Below are positions 12,118-24,293 of a stretch of DNA of 64,000 nucleotides, one piece after another. The DNA comes from Mobula hypostoma (taxonomy: Eukaryota). Both the position numbers and the translations under genes were made by a program. Numbering within the stretch: position 1 is the first letter of the stretch; every line of letters begins with the position of its first letter. Where the stretch lies: contig NC_086097.1 of NCBI RefSeq assembly GCF_963921235.1, positions 99,946,001 to 100,010,000 on the forward strand, written 5' to 3'. The notes beneath the pieces were generated by a model. That model worked only from the letters and a program-made list of their open reading frames with translations. It made no database searches and was not told the DNA's origin.

Positions 12118-12145
12118 TAGCAATGAAATGGCACTTTCTTTTCAG

Positions 12146-12316
12146 ACTGATGGATTTCTAAAGGACAACAACAACGCTGCCCGTCGATTGCTGGATGGAG
12201 TGAATTTTATGGCACAATCAGTTTCAGAATTTAGTGCCAAACCAACAAAGGTAGTGACAGCCTGGCTGACAGATCAGATCGCACCCTCCTACTGGAGGCC
12301 CAACTCTCAGATCATT
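12146..12316 (+). CDS. ZFYVE1: ZFYVE1 coding exon
   Basis: ttcag|ACT...ATT|gtaagt; TDGFLKDNNNAARRLLDGVNFMAQSVSEFSAKPTKVVTAWLTDQIAPSYWRPNSQII. Confidence 0.95.
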
Positions 12317-12799
12317 GTAAGTGCAAAAACCTTTCTATGTAATACTGCTGAAACATGGGCAGATTACTCTTCTGCCAACAGTACAAACTCACTGACCATC
12401 AAAACTCAGTTTTGTTTTGTTCTTTCTAACGGACTTATTGGCTCTGGCTGGCATTTTCTCCAAGCTGTGGCTCTAAAATGAAGATGATCTTGTAGCTGAA
12501 AATTGAAGTTAAATTGTAGGAAAAATTACATGTTTGTTGACTTCTGGATTTAGTAGTTCATTTCTTAAACTAAGATTTAAATAAAATTACCAAATGCGCA
12601 TTTGATTTTGAAGTACTATTGACTTTAAAACATATGGTTAATCTGTATTAACTGGTACCTGTTGGCGTGGCTGCATTTCGCACAGACAAATCCTTGTCTC
12701 CCTCTCAAAATCAGCCTCTTGCACGAGAGGAGTATCACTGTGTGAATTTGCCAGCTTTGATCTATCAGTGTCCTCTGCCCACCAACCACCCATTAGCAC

Positions 12800-12975
12800 T
12801 CATCTGATATTAATTCCATTCTTCCCACATTCCTACCATTCACCTACGTACTGGGGACAATTTCCAGTGGCCAGTTCACCGAGCACAGCATGTCCTTAGG
12901 ACATGGGAGGAAACTCTCACAGACACATGGAGAATATGCTGCCTCCACACAGATTGAACCCACTGTGAGACAGCA
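12800..12975 (-). mobile_element. V-SINE-like (tRNA-derived) fragment
   Basis: Similar to the 44245-44417 SINE body. Confidence 0.5.
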
Positions 12976-13197
12976 GCAGAATGATTCATAATTAAATAAA
13001 TCTGAAGTTAAACTCCATGAAGCTACCAGTCTCTTGTTAATATAACTGTGATTCACCAGTAGGAAATTTTAGCCACCAGCCACCTACCTCAGCTCCTGAG
13101 TCATGGTTATACACTACTGTTAACCAGCTTCTGGCTTCAAGGGATGGAGAATAAATGTCCCAAAAATGACCACATCCTGTGAATGTATACTAGGTAG

Positions 13198-13385
13198 GGA
13201 GAAGCCATTCACCTGTTCTGAATGTCAGATCCACTGATACACAGGAAAATGCATACTAAGCAGAGGCTGTTCATTAGCTGTTAGTGCGGGGAGGGATTTT
13301 TTAAGTCATGCAGGCTGCAAAAAACAACAAATTTGTACTGGGGAAAGGCCATTCACCTGTTCCATGTGTGGAAAGGGATTCATTG
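13198..13385 (+). pseudogene. C2H2 zinc-finger array relic
   Basis: GEKPFTCSEC ... CTGERPFTCSMCGKGFI with TGEKP-type linkers; frameshifted. Confidence 0.6.
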
Positions 13386-14024
13386 GTGCTGTACGTCTCT
13401 GACTAAATGCATTTAAATTCCCCAGCCGCCAGGGTGGGTTGTGGTGAACATGTCTCCAGATCACTTGTGGGTCTTTGGTTTACTCTTGTACCATCCTCCT
13501 CACAATCGCTCAGTACCAGAGCTGCTCCTTCCTGATTTCTTGCTCTTTATCCTTCGACCTTCTGATCTGCTGACAATCAGGAAGGTCATTTCTGTGAACG
13601 TTTGCATAACACCTTCAGAATAGCACGAAACTCTTTGCAACCATTGTAGTTTGGATATGCAGAAATTTTAATTAAATAAATAAGCAGACAATAAACTCCT
13701 GGCAGCAAAGTGATTAATCCCAGACGATCTCTCTTTCTGCTGAACTGGGAGATTTAAAGTTTGACAACTTTCACCCTGTCTTCAAAATAGAGCCTGGATC
13801 GTGTTTATCCTCAGAGCATTTGCAATATTTATTAATGGCTCATGCAAAAGATGACATCTCTGGCCATGAAGCACTCGCTCAGTACCGCATTTCAATGACA
13901 GCAACGATGTATTAGGAATTTCCTGTGCTGTTGGTGCTACATGCAACAAAAAAAACAACATTCAGCACATCAAGAATAAAGAATTATATAATTTTTTATA
14001 CAGTAATTTGCAAAAGTGCACATA

Positions 14025-14475
14025 TATATAGTTAGGGTGCCCAAGACTTTTGCACAGTTCTGTAGTAATTTTATGTATTGTACTGTTTAAATAAAAACAA
14101 ATGTTATGACAGTTGAGTGCTGATAAAACTGATTCTGATATGCGTCACTTTTGTGGACTGAGAGTGGGAAGGGGGCAGGGAGAGGGGAATTGTGGTTGTG
14201 GAGAGGAGAGGGAGCAGGAAGCACTAGAGAGATATTATGTAACAATAAACCAATTGTTTGGAATCAAATGGCCTTGTTTGGTGTCTTAGGGCTGGGTGTG
14301 TCTGCACCTGTACCACTCCTCTGCCACCTGTCCCACGCTCCATCCTCACCAATCCCAACATCCTTTGCTCCCGCCAGATTTACAGACTCGCTCTCCACTC
14401 CACATTGACGGATACAGTACTGTGCAGAAGTCTTAGACACTGTAGCTATATATATGTGCCTAAGACTTCTGTATA
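14025..14475. mobile_element. Tc1-type MITE ends plus LINE 3' fragment
   Basis: aagacttttgcacagttctgTA (~14042-14063) and TAcagtactgtgcagaagtctta (~14412-14434), Tc1-like TIRs. Confidence 0.45.
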
Positions 14476-15114
14476 TATAAAAAGCTAAAAAGAAAAGTTG
14501 AAGGTTGAAAGACGGATATGGAATAAAATGTGCACAAATAAATAAACACCAGCATGTATTTACAATGTAACCAGCTTCATAAAAAGTGGTTTAAACTGTC
14601 TTTTGTGCAGCGCAGAGATGGGTGTAAAAGTTAATGAGGGTGGTGCTGACTTGTATGGTTGATCAGATTAACTGCTGGGAAAAGAAACTTTTAAGATGTC
14701 ATGAAGTTTTTGTTTTCATAGCACTGTAGCACTTTTATATTCATTATATTTGCACTTGTCTTGAGAATGCGTTAGACACCACAGGTTTGGTCCTGAGGCT
14801 GCTAACAGAATGAGTTAGAACACAGAGTGAGTGGCGTTAATTATACTCCCCTTTGGTCTGCTGAGAACTATCCTCCAGGTTCATGTACAATCCTTCCTCT
14901 TCGAGATTAAAGGTGACACGTTTCTAATAAGGCTTTGCTAGCATCAATATTTATTGGTGTTGACATTCTATCAATATTTTGCATATTGATTATTAACTGT
15001 AAACATACTTTCTAGGTTCTGCACAACTATCTTTAAGTTGTGATATGCAGTGGAAGATGCATTCAAATCTCGGAGGTGAACAGACTTGTAATGTGTGTTA
15101 CGTACATTCCACAG

Positions 15115-15295
15115 AACTGTCATAAGTGCAATAAACCTTTTGAAGACCAGGAAGCAAAGCACCACTGTAGAGCCTGTGGCGAAGGCTTCTGTGATGGCTG
15201 CTCATCGAAATCCAAGCCGGTACCAGAGCGTGGCTGGGGATCAGTTCCTGTACGGGTGTGTGATGAGTGTTACGAAAGAGCGGTAGTTGAAACAG
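15115..15295 (+). CDS. ZFYVE1: ZFYVE1 coding exon, FYVE domain 1
   Basis: acag|AAC...ACA G|gtaat; NCHKCNKPFEDQEAKHHCRACGEGFCDGCSSKSKPVPERGWGSVPVRVCDECY (KHHCR and RVC FYVE motifs). Confidence 0.96.
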
Positions 15296-15719
15296 GTAAT
15301 CAGTAATTAAAATGAATGTTGCTGTTCTCTCTGTTCTCCTTGTACTGATGTTCTCCAAGAGTCATTACCTCCTTCCACCTTTCACCAGTGATTGCATTGG
15401 GTGTAAGGAGCAGTACAGTACTGCTGAAGTGTCTTAAGCTGCACTTCAAGACGTAGTTCCAATGCTAGAAAAGGCATTTAATGTTACAAAGCTTGCACCA
15501 TATGACAGAGTGAGATGAAGACTTGTTTGGAAGAATGACAGAGGAGGGAAGGGTTTTGAACTGTGGGGGCCATTGGCAGTGGTTCTGGGAAAATAAGGCC
15601 TGTATTGCAACTCAGAGGGAAGATATTGAGCAGTGTGGGGAAATGAGCTTTGGAGTACATGTGCACTCATATTTCAGGATTACAGAACAGGTCAGTGAGG
15701 AGTGTTGAGGAGTATCCTT

Positions 15720-16730
15720 GGAGATCCCAGACAGAATATGCGGTGTTGCTCCTCCAGCCTGAGAGTGCCCGCTGACACGTTGGTCCAAAGCCTTTTCTTC
15801 TGCCATGATGAGGCCACTCTCAGTTTGGAGAAACAACACCTCATATTCTGTCTAGGTAGACCCCAACCTGAGCATGAACATTGATTTCTCCAACTTCTGG
15901 TCATTTCTTTTCCCCTCCTCCCCTCTTTTTCAATTCCCCTCTCTGGCCTCTTGTGTCCTCTTCTCATCTACTGATCACCTCCCTCTGGTGTCCCTCCTCC
16001 TCCCCTTTCTCCCATGGTCCACTTTCTTCTCCCATCAGATTCCTTCTTCTCCAACCCTTTGACTTTTCCACCTATCACCTTCCAGCTTCTTACTTCATCC
16101 CTCTTCCCCCACCTACCAAACTTCACCTATCACCTTCCAGCTTCTTACTTCATCCCCCTTCCCCCACCTACCAAACTTCACCTATCACCTTCCAGCTTCT
16201 TACTTCATCCCTCTTCCCCCCCTACCAAACTTCACCTATCACCTTCCAGCTTCTTACTTCATCCCTCTTCCCCCACCTACCAAACTTCACCTATCACCTT
16301 CCAGCTTCTTACTTCATCCCTCTTCCCCCCCTACCAAACTTCACCTATCACCTTCCAGCTTCTTACTTCATCCCTCTTCCCCCCCTACCAAACTTCACCT
16401 ATCATCTTCCAGCTTCTTACTTCATCCCTCTTCCCCCCTACCAAACTTCACCTATCATCTTCCAGCTTCTTACTTCATCCCTCTTCCCCCACCTACCAAA
16501 CTTCACCTATCACCTTCCAGCTTCTTACTTCATCCCCCTTCCCCCACCTACCAGACTTCACCTATCACCTTCCAGATTGTCCTCCTTCCCTTTTCTCTAC
16601 TTCTTATTCTGACATTTTTCCCTTTCTTTTCCAGTTCTGATGAAGGGGCTCAGCCCGAAACGCCGACTGTTTATTCATTTCTATAGATGATGCCTGACCC
16701 GCTGAGTTCCTCCAGCATTTTTTTGTGTGA
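15720..16730 (+). mobile_element. Penelope-like element 3' part (GIY-YIG tail, UTR, terminal repeat) with short 5' inversion
   Basis: LSLEKQHLIFCLG tail; 15720-15768 is an inverted copy of ~15812-15862; hammerhead-like motif 16632-16669. Confidence 0.75.
16071..16575. repeat. Minisatellite, ~54-55 bp unit, ~9.3 copies
   Basis: Unit cctatcaccttccagcttcttacttcatccctcttcccccacctaccaaacttca, near-identical head-to-tail copies. Confidence 0.95.
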
Positions 16731-16859
16731 GAATCTGTGGATGTTGAGGCTCCAATTTCAATCCTGGCTCCAGGAGTGCTGCCAGGATTGGAAGACTGTT
16801 GTTTAGAAAGGGATGTAACCACATAATTGTCAGGCAGTAGAGGGTCAGTTACTGGATGT

Positions 16860-17445
16860 TATTGTGAGGATTTGTAATCCCCAGCGTTGAAAGGAACAGC
16901 ATAATTGGCAGCAGTTAGCATGGGTTTGTTCAGAGAAAGAGGTGTCTGATTGTCGATGAGAATGGTGCTTATGATGTAGTTTTTGTGGGTTTTTGTAAGA
17001 ATTTGAACAAAGCCTAACATGGCAGCTTTGTCAAAAACTAAAAGCCTGCATCCAAAGGAGCATGGCAGATTGGCAGAGTGGCGGGAAGCAAAGGGTTTTG
17101 TGACTGGAAGCTGTTACCAATGGTATGTGGCCCATTGCTTGCTGTAATTCGGACTAAATGTGAGGGACGCGATTTTAAAAAGAGATTTATTTAAAACAAT
17201 TGGCCGTATGTTTGAGAGTGAGAAGGAACAGATTGATCACAATGAGAGTTAATCCAGTTAAGTGTGAGGTAACAGATTTGGGGAAATGCAGCAAGGTTAA
17301 GGGGACATACGGTGGTGCGGAGAAACCAGGGGACTTGGAATGCCTATGCACTAATATTTAAAGGCAACGGAGAATGTTTATAAGGTGGTTAAAAAGACAA
17401 TCGGGACACATTCATGTATTATACAAGGTCTGTAAAAGTAGAGAG
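16860..17445 (+). mobile_element. CR1 LINE fragment (appears to resume at ~20865)
   Basis: Degraded CR1 RT region. Confidence 0.5.
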
Positions 17446-17451
17446 GGAACA

Positions 17452-18373
17452 TTCACAAAATACTGGAAGAACCCAGCAGGCCAGGCAGCATCTATGGAAA
17501 AGAATACAGCTGACATTTCGAGCCAAGACCCTTCATCAGGACTAGAGCAATAAAAGGATGAGGAGTCAGTTAGGTTTGGAGAGAGGAAGAAGAAAGACAA
17601 AGTAATAGGTGAAACTGGGAGAGGAGTAGGGGTGAGGTAAAGAGCTGGGAAGTTGATTGGTGAAAGAGATACAAGACTGGAGAAGGGGGAATCTAATTGG
17701 AGAGGACAGAAGGCTGTGGAAGAAGGAAAGAGGGGCAGGGGCACCTGAGGGAGGCAATGGAAACGTAAAGACAGAAGATGAGAGACGGAAATGTGGATGG
17801 GGAATGGTGGGGTGGGGCATTACTGGAAGTTTGAGAAATTGATGTTCATGCCATCGGGTTGGAGGCTGTCCAGATGGGATATAAGGTGTTGGTCCTTCAA
17901 TCTGAGTGTAATCTCACCACGACAGTAGAGGGGGCCGTGTACTGACATGTCGGAATAGGAATGGAAAGTGGAATTAAAATAGGTGGCCACTGGGAGATGG
18001 TGGATGGAGTGTAGATGCTTGGTGAAGCAGTCTCCCAATCTATGTTGGGTTTCACTGATAAACAGGAGGCCACACCGGGAGCACCAGACACAGTATATGA
18101 CCCCAACAGACTCACAGGTGAAGTGTTGCTTCACCTGGAAGGACTGTTTGGGGCCCTGAATGGTAGTGAGGGAGGAAGCGTAGGAGCAGGTGTAGCATTA
18201 GTTCCGTTTTCCAGGATAAATCCCAGGACGGAGATCAGTGGGGAAGGACAAATGGACAAGGGAGTAGTGTAGGGAGTGATCGCTGCGGAAAGCAGAAAGT
18301 GGGGGGGGTGGAGGGAAAGATGTGCTTGGTGGTGGGATCCCGTTGGAGGTGGTGGAAGTTACGGAGAACTATG
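17452..18373 (-). mobile_element. Penelope-like element with GIY-YIG endonuclease fragment
   Basis: ORF 17820-18134 FTCESVGVIYCVWCSRCGLLFISETQHRLGDCF..HL...PDGMN; terminal repeat with hammerhead motif. Confidence 0.85.
17507..17543 (-). ncRNA. Minimal hammerhead ribozyme motif (weak stem I)
   Basis: Minus AGTC-CTGATGA-AGGGTCTTGGCTC-GAAA-TG-TC-AGCTG. Confidence 0.5.
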
Positions 18374-20545
18374 TGCTGACACTGATGCTCTTCACACCCA
18401 CCCTATCTCGTCCTTTCAACATTCGGTAGGTTTCAAGGAGATTCTCCCCCCACCCCCCCAACATTTTCCTAAATTCCAGTGAGTACAGGCCCAAAGCTGC
18501 CAAACACTCCTCATATGTTAACCCCTTCATTCCCAGAATCATCCTCGTGAACCTCCTCTGGACTCTCTCCAATGACAACACATCCTCTCTGAGATATGGG
18601 GCCCAGAACTGTTGACAATACTCCAAGTGCGGCCTGACTAAAGCCTCAGCATTATCTCATCGCTTTTATATTCTATTCCCCTTGAAATAAATGGCAACGT
18701 TTGTTGGTAAATTGTTGGTAAATGTGAGGTCATCCACTTTGGAAGGAAAAGTGAAAGAGCAGATTATTATTTAAATAGTAAAAAATTACAGCATGCTACT
18801 GTGCACAAAGACTTGAGAGTGCATGTGCATGAATCACAAAAGGTTGGTTTGCAGGTGCAGCAGGCTATCAAGAAGGCAAATGGGATGTTGGCCTTCATTG
18901 CTAGAGGGAGGTTATGCTGCAACTGTACAGGGTACTGGTGAGGCTGCACCTGGAGTGCTGTGTGCAGTTCTGGTCTCCTTACTTGAGGAAGGATATACTA
19001 GCTTTGGAGGCAGTGCAGAGGAGGTTCACCAGGTTGATTCCAGAGAATAGGGGATTAGACTACGAGGAGAGATTGAGTTGCCTCGGACTGTACCCGCTGG
19101 AATTCAGAAGAATAAGAGGAGGTCTTATTGAAACATAAAAAATTATGAAATGGATAGGTAAGATAGAGGCAGGAAAGTTGTTTCCACTGGTAGGTGAGTC
19201 TCGAACTAGGGGACATAGCCTCAAGATTCGAGGGAGTAGATTTAGGATGGAGATAAGGGAGGAACTGCTTTTCCCACAGCGTGGTGAATCTGTGGAATTC
19301 TCTCCCCAGTGAAGCAGTGGAGGCTACCTCAGTAAATATATTTAAGACAAGGTTGGATAGATTTTTGCATAGTTGGGGAATTGAGGGTTATGGGGAAAAG
19401 GCAGAGAGGTGGAGATGAGTCCATGGCCAGATCAGCCATGATCTTATTGAATGGCAGAGGTGGCTCAACGAGCTAGATGGCCTACTCCTGCTCCTATTTC
19501 TTATGTTCTTATTTAACATTGCACTTGCTGCCTTTACCACAGACTCAAGTCCCTCTGCACCTTTGATGTTTGAACCTTCTCTCCATATAGATAATAGTCC
19601 GCACTATTGTTCCTTTCTCCAAAATGTATTATCATACGTTTCCCAGCATGGTATTCCATCTGCCAGTTTTTGCCCATTCTTTCAATTTGGTTAAGTCCTG
19701 CTGCAATCGCATTGCTTCCTCAGCACTACCTACCCCTCCACCTATCTTTGTATCATCTGCCAACTTTGCAACAAAGCCATCAATTCAGTTATCGACAACA
19801 ATGTGAAAAGTAGCGGTCCCAATACTGACCCCTGAGGAACACCACTAGTCGCTGGCAGCCAGAAAAGACCCCTTTTATTCCCACTCACTGCCTCTTGCCT
19901 GTCAGCCATTCCACTATCCATTCCAGTATCTTTCCTGTAACATCATGGGATTTTATCTTATTAAGCAGCCTTGTGTGTGGCACCTTATTAAACACCTTCT
20001 GATGTGAGTTAGAAGCATGTGAGTTATGTTTCTCCCTCTCAAATTGCAGTATGAATTCAATCATAATGTGATCACAGCCTCCTAAGGATTCCTTTGCGTT
20101 AATCTCCCGAATGAGATCTGGGTTATTACTCAACACCCAATCTAAGACAGCCATTCCCTGAGAAGGCTCAAGCACAAGCTGCTCTAAAAAGCCATCTTAC
20201 AGCCATTCATTGAATTCCCTTTCTTGCGTTCTGACACCAACCTGATTTTCTAAATCCACTTGCATATTTAAGTTCCCCATTACAATAGTGTCATTACATA
20301 TCTTTTCCAGCTCTTTTTGCAATCTCAACCCCACATCTTGGCTACTGTTTGGAGGCCTATATATGATTTCCATAATAGTTTTTTACACTTTCAGTTTCTT
20401 AACTCCACCCACAAAGATTCAACATTCTCTGACCCTATGTCAGCTCTTTTAAAGATGTAATTCCATCTCTTACCAACAGAGCCACACCACTGTCAATGGC
20501 TTTCTGCCTGTCCTTTTGATACAAAGTATATCCTGTGATGTGAAG
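18374..20545. mobile_element. Cluster of CR1 LINE fragments in both orientations
   Basis: ORFs 18369-18626(-) and 18914-19138(+) [26 protein letters not shown]; 19885-20175(-) AVLDWVLSN...FNKVPH. Confidence 0.85.
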
Positions 20546-20549
20546 CTCC

Positions 20550-20864
20550 CGACTATGGCCTTCTGTCTTCTATCAAATTGCTTCTTCTTCAGCCCTGTAT
20601 CTCTTTCACCAATCAACTTCCCAGCTCTTTACTTCACCCCTACCCCAACCCCCCCCCGCCCCCGGTTTCACCTATCACCTTTTATTTCTGCCTCCCCACA
20701 CCTTCTAACTCTGACTCGTCATCTTTTTTTCCCTCCAGTCCTGATGAAGGGTCTTGGCCCGAAAGGTTGACTGTACTCTTCTGTAGATGCTGCCTAGTCT
20801 GAGTTCCTCCAGCATTTTGTGTGTGTTGCTTGGATTTCAGCATCTGCAGATTTTCACTTGTTTG
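20550..20864 (+). mobile_element. Penelope-like 3' terminal fragment
   Basis: Reverse-complement homolog of ~17452-17720. Confidence 0.8.
20736..20773 (+). ncRNA. Minimal type-I hammerhead ribozyme motif
   Basis: CAGTC-CTGATGA-A-GGGTCTTGGCCC-GAAA-GG-TT-GACTG; stem I CAGTC/GACTG perfect; sense to ZFYVE1 pre-mRNA. Confidence 0.6.
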
Positions 20865-21004
20865 AGATTGTGCTGGAGTTGGATTGTACTGCAGCTCCAG
20901 CAACCAGGGCACAGCACGCAAACTGTGTACAGACCTGGCTACTGCTACCAGCAAGGTGTCTTTGCCCTGTGGAGGGCTGTTGAGAAGTTTTAGAAGGATG
21001 TTGC

Positions 21005-21525
21005 AAGACCATAAGACATAGAAGCAGAATTAGGCCATTTGCCCCACCGAGTCTGCTTTGTCATTTCGTCATTTCCCTCTCAACCCTATTCTGCTTTCTT
21101 CCGTAACCTTTCATACCCTGATTAATCAAGAAGCTATCAATCTTTGCCTTAGATACAGGCAATGATTTGCCCTCCACAGATTCACCAACCTCTGGCTAAA
21201 GAAATTCCTCCTCATCTCTGCCCTAAATGGACGTCCTTCTATTCTGAGACTGTGCCCTCTGGTCCTAGACTCGCCCACCATAGGAAACATCCTCTCCACA
21301 TCCACTCTATCTGAATTTTAACGTTCAATAAGTTTCAAGAAGATCCCCCTCAGTTTTTTCAATTCCAGCAAATAAAGGTTCAGAGCCATCAATTTCTCTT
21401 CATACGACAAGCCTTTCATTCCCATGTTCATCCTTGTGAATCTGCTCTGAATCCTCTCCAATGTCAGCACGTCCTTTGTTAAATACGGGGCCCAGAACTG
21501 CTCATAATATTCTAAGTGAGCTGTT
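21005..21525 (-). mobile_element. CR1 LINE 3' end
   Basis: aagaccataagacatagaagcagaattaggcc tail, then reverse CR1 RT C-terminus. Confidence 0.75.
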
Positions 21526-22231
21526 TATAACAGAAGGGCCTAGGTAGGGTAAGTACGAAGGGACAATTTCTTCGCAGAAGGCATAGATCTGGTAGAAGAT
21601 TTTGAGGAGAAGATGAAGATAAATTTTTTGATTCTGCAGATGGTGGATATAGGGAATTCACTGAGGCAGGAGTCCTCACTACAGTTAAACGAGAGGGATT
21701 TGGAACTGCGACTCATTGGGGCTATAGAACCAGTGTTGGAAGGTGGGATTTAACTGGGTAGTTCTTTATGTCTGGCATAGACATGATGGGCCAAATAGCC
21801 GCCTCTGTTGTGAATTTTGGGTAATAACTTCAGAGTACAATTTCAGGAAATTAAATAACTCCCAACTCTACAATACAGTGCCTCTATATTTTGGAGAAAG
21901 TAAAAGATAAGTAAAAATTCTTTAGAATTGAATGGATGGTGTTTTGACCAGTCTAGAAGTATTTGTCTCTCCTCTATAATGGAGGGGGGGTGGGGTTCAT
22001 GAGACTTTGAGGGAGTGGATTGCTACTGTTCAAGAGAATGGGCGAAGACTTCTGAATCCTAATCTGTTGGTATTTCCCAATTGTCTTGGATGGAGAGGTC
22101 ACAAAGAAACATAGTTAATCAGAGTCTGATCATGATTAAACAGGACGTGTGTGAAAACTCCAGAAATAAACAGTGCTTGAAAACTATTCCAATAACTGGG
22201 GAAACTATGGCTGACCTTAACCCTTTAGCAG

Positions 22232-23066
22232 TGTTACGTACCCCATAACTGGGTTGCCAAACCAGCAGAAATGGACAACTAGTTGGAGTCTGGATTACTA
22301 GAAACTAATAAAGTTTTATTAAAGAAATAAGTAACACAGTACTCTAATCGTAAGGATATAAATGCAACAGGTTACCAATGATAAAACACACATGTACACA
22401 GAACTAGGGTAACAGGAATCAACCAAGCTCTCTCGCAGTCTAGGGGTAAAATGATCAGTCTTAAGTGACGCAGAGTTCAGTTCAGCTTAGTGCAGTTCGC
22501 AGTCATCGCTGTTGTGCCGTTGGAGAGAGAGAGAGATGCAAATTTGATTCAGACAGACCTTTGATGTTCACAGGTGGTTTCGGGTGGACCCTTTTATGTC
22601 TTCTATCCCGCTGTGGTCACCGACTGTGACCCCTCCGTTCCGAATATAACCGTTCTTCTGCGGTGAACCCGGCACCCAGGCAAGGGCGGACACACACACC
22701 AGGTTCCCACGGATCATACCTTTACACCCTGTGAGCCTATGGTCGGTTCCCGCGAACCGGACCTCCAAACTCCCACCACTTGTGGGGGCACACCGCTCTT
22801 TCCAGGGGTCTTGTTATCTCGTGATCTCGTGGTGTGACTGGTGCCTTAGCGAACCTGTTCTTTTTATCCCCCTGCTGGGGTATTGCCTGTCCATCAAACT
22901 TCAAACAGTTCAGGTTCAAAGCAACCGGTCTGTCAATATTCTGAATTGTGTTTCTTTTCCGTTATCTCTCTCTCTTCTCTCATTAACATTTTGAACGTTT
23001 CTCCATTGTCTCCCTTATCTCTCTCTCATAAGCATCAATCGCCTGATAACTTGGTTTGTCGTCACA
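22232..23066 (-). mobile_element. Solo LTR (Gypsy-type), 835 bp
   Basis: TGTTACG...CGTCACA termini; perfect 4-bp TSD GCAG; no internal ORF; orientation tentative, from TTTATT near the left end. Confidence 0.8.
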
Positions 23067-24185
23067 GCAGCAACTCCTTTACTTCCCTTAATCCTTTAAT
23101 TCTCTTGGATTCCAAAAACTTTATTGGTGGCAAACTTGAATGTATTCAATAACTGCACCTGTACCCTAAGATTTGCAGTTTACTAAGTTGCAAAATTCTT
23201 TTCTCACCCCCAATTCTAAAGAATCAACCTACTAAATCTAGACTCTGTATCATCGGAGGGAATATTCAGCAATTCAAATCTAAATTCCATAAATGTGGAC
23301 ATGGCCAATTTAATTTCTCCTCCTGAGGCAATCACTGATCCCAGAAAACATTTAAGAGGTTGCAACTATATTTTGTATATTTTTAAGCCTTGAAGTGTAT
23401 ATGTGCTGGGCCGTTGCAGGTGAAGGAATATCAGAAGGACTACGTCTCTGTAGTTGGAACGACCGTACTCTCTCTCTTTCGATGGTGGGGAGAGTTTGCT
23501 GCCGATTCTTGAGTCAGAGAATTTCAAATAAAAAGTGAGGTGGCAGACAGTAACATCGTATTACTGCCTGTTTGTTGGTCTCCCCATTCACTGTGGAGTG
23601 TGTGACATCTCTCTGTCCCTTGTTAGTGAGAGAGAGAGCCTGTGGCATGTCAAACTGCTGGGTTAACAATAGTTTTTGTTGACTGCAGATCATGGTCTCT
23701 CTTTGGGTGCTTTGCTGTTGCTTGGTGGGTGGTGGGTGCTGATGCATTTTGCTGAAATGGGTGGAGGAGGGTTGATGTTTTGCTGCTCCTTAGGGAGGGG
23801 GGAGAGTGGGGCTTTGGGGTTCTAATATTTTTCTGTTCATTCTTTTGGGGTTCTTTTTTGTGGATGTCTGTGAAGACTAAGAAATTCAGGTTGTATGCTG
23901 TATACATTAAACCATGTAACGGTATATGTTCAATCTGGATATTGCACTGGGGAATCTAATCTCAAATTTGTATTCACCCTGTCATCCTGTCACCAATGGC
24001 TAAAGTACTTCATTGATTTGAACACCATCCCAAAACTCTGACCTTCTTATAAATCCACAACTTAAATCTTCACTGTTTGGTTACTACAGCTCAGTCCTTA
24101 CCTTGTACTAATACTTACATTGCATAACATAGTTGAAACAGCCTGTTGCTATCACATGGTTAACCTGCTTGATATTATTTTGAAG

Positions 24186-24293
24186 AAGCTGCAAATGAAG
24201 ATGATGAACGTGGTACAATAATAGCACGGAAAGTCGGGGAAGCTGTGCAGAACACCTTTGGAGCTGTAGCTACAGCAATAGATTTTCCATTAG
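24186..24293 (+). CDS. ZFYVE1: ZFYVE1 coding exon, inter-FYVE linker
   Basis: ttttgaag|AA GCT...TTA G|gtaag; EAANEDDERGTIIARKVGEAVQNTFGAVATAIDFPLG; start could be 24189 (tandem AAG-AAG acceptor). Confidence 0.9.

Noticed and set aside
12317..12481. Read-through extension of the ZFYVE1 exon shown in the ORF track
   Set aside because: Homology stops at a canonical gtaagt donor (12317), and phase matches the next exon.
16071..16575. CRISPR-like array, and the 243-aa and 208-aa ORFs over it
   Set aside because: Contiguous tandem units with no unique spacers, in a eukaryotic context; the ORFs are stop-free by-products of a pyrimidine-rich repeat.
23400..23910. Possible gene fragment (ORFs 23514-23747, 23650-23907)
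   Set aside because: Looks like an unclassified interspersed repeat tail; low-complexity translation with no domain.
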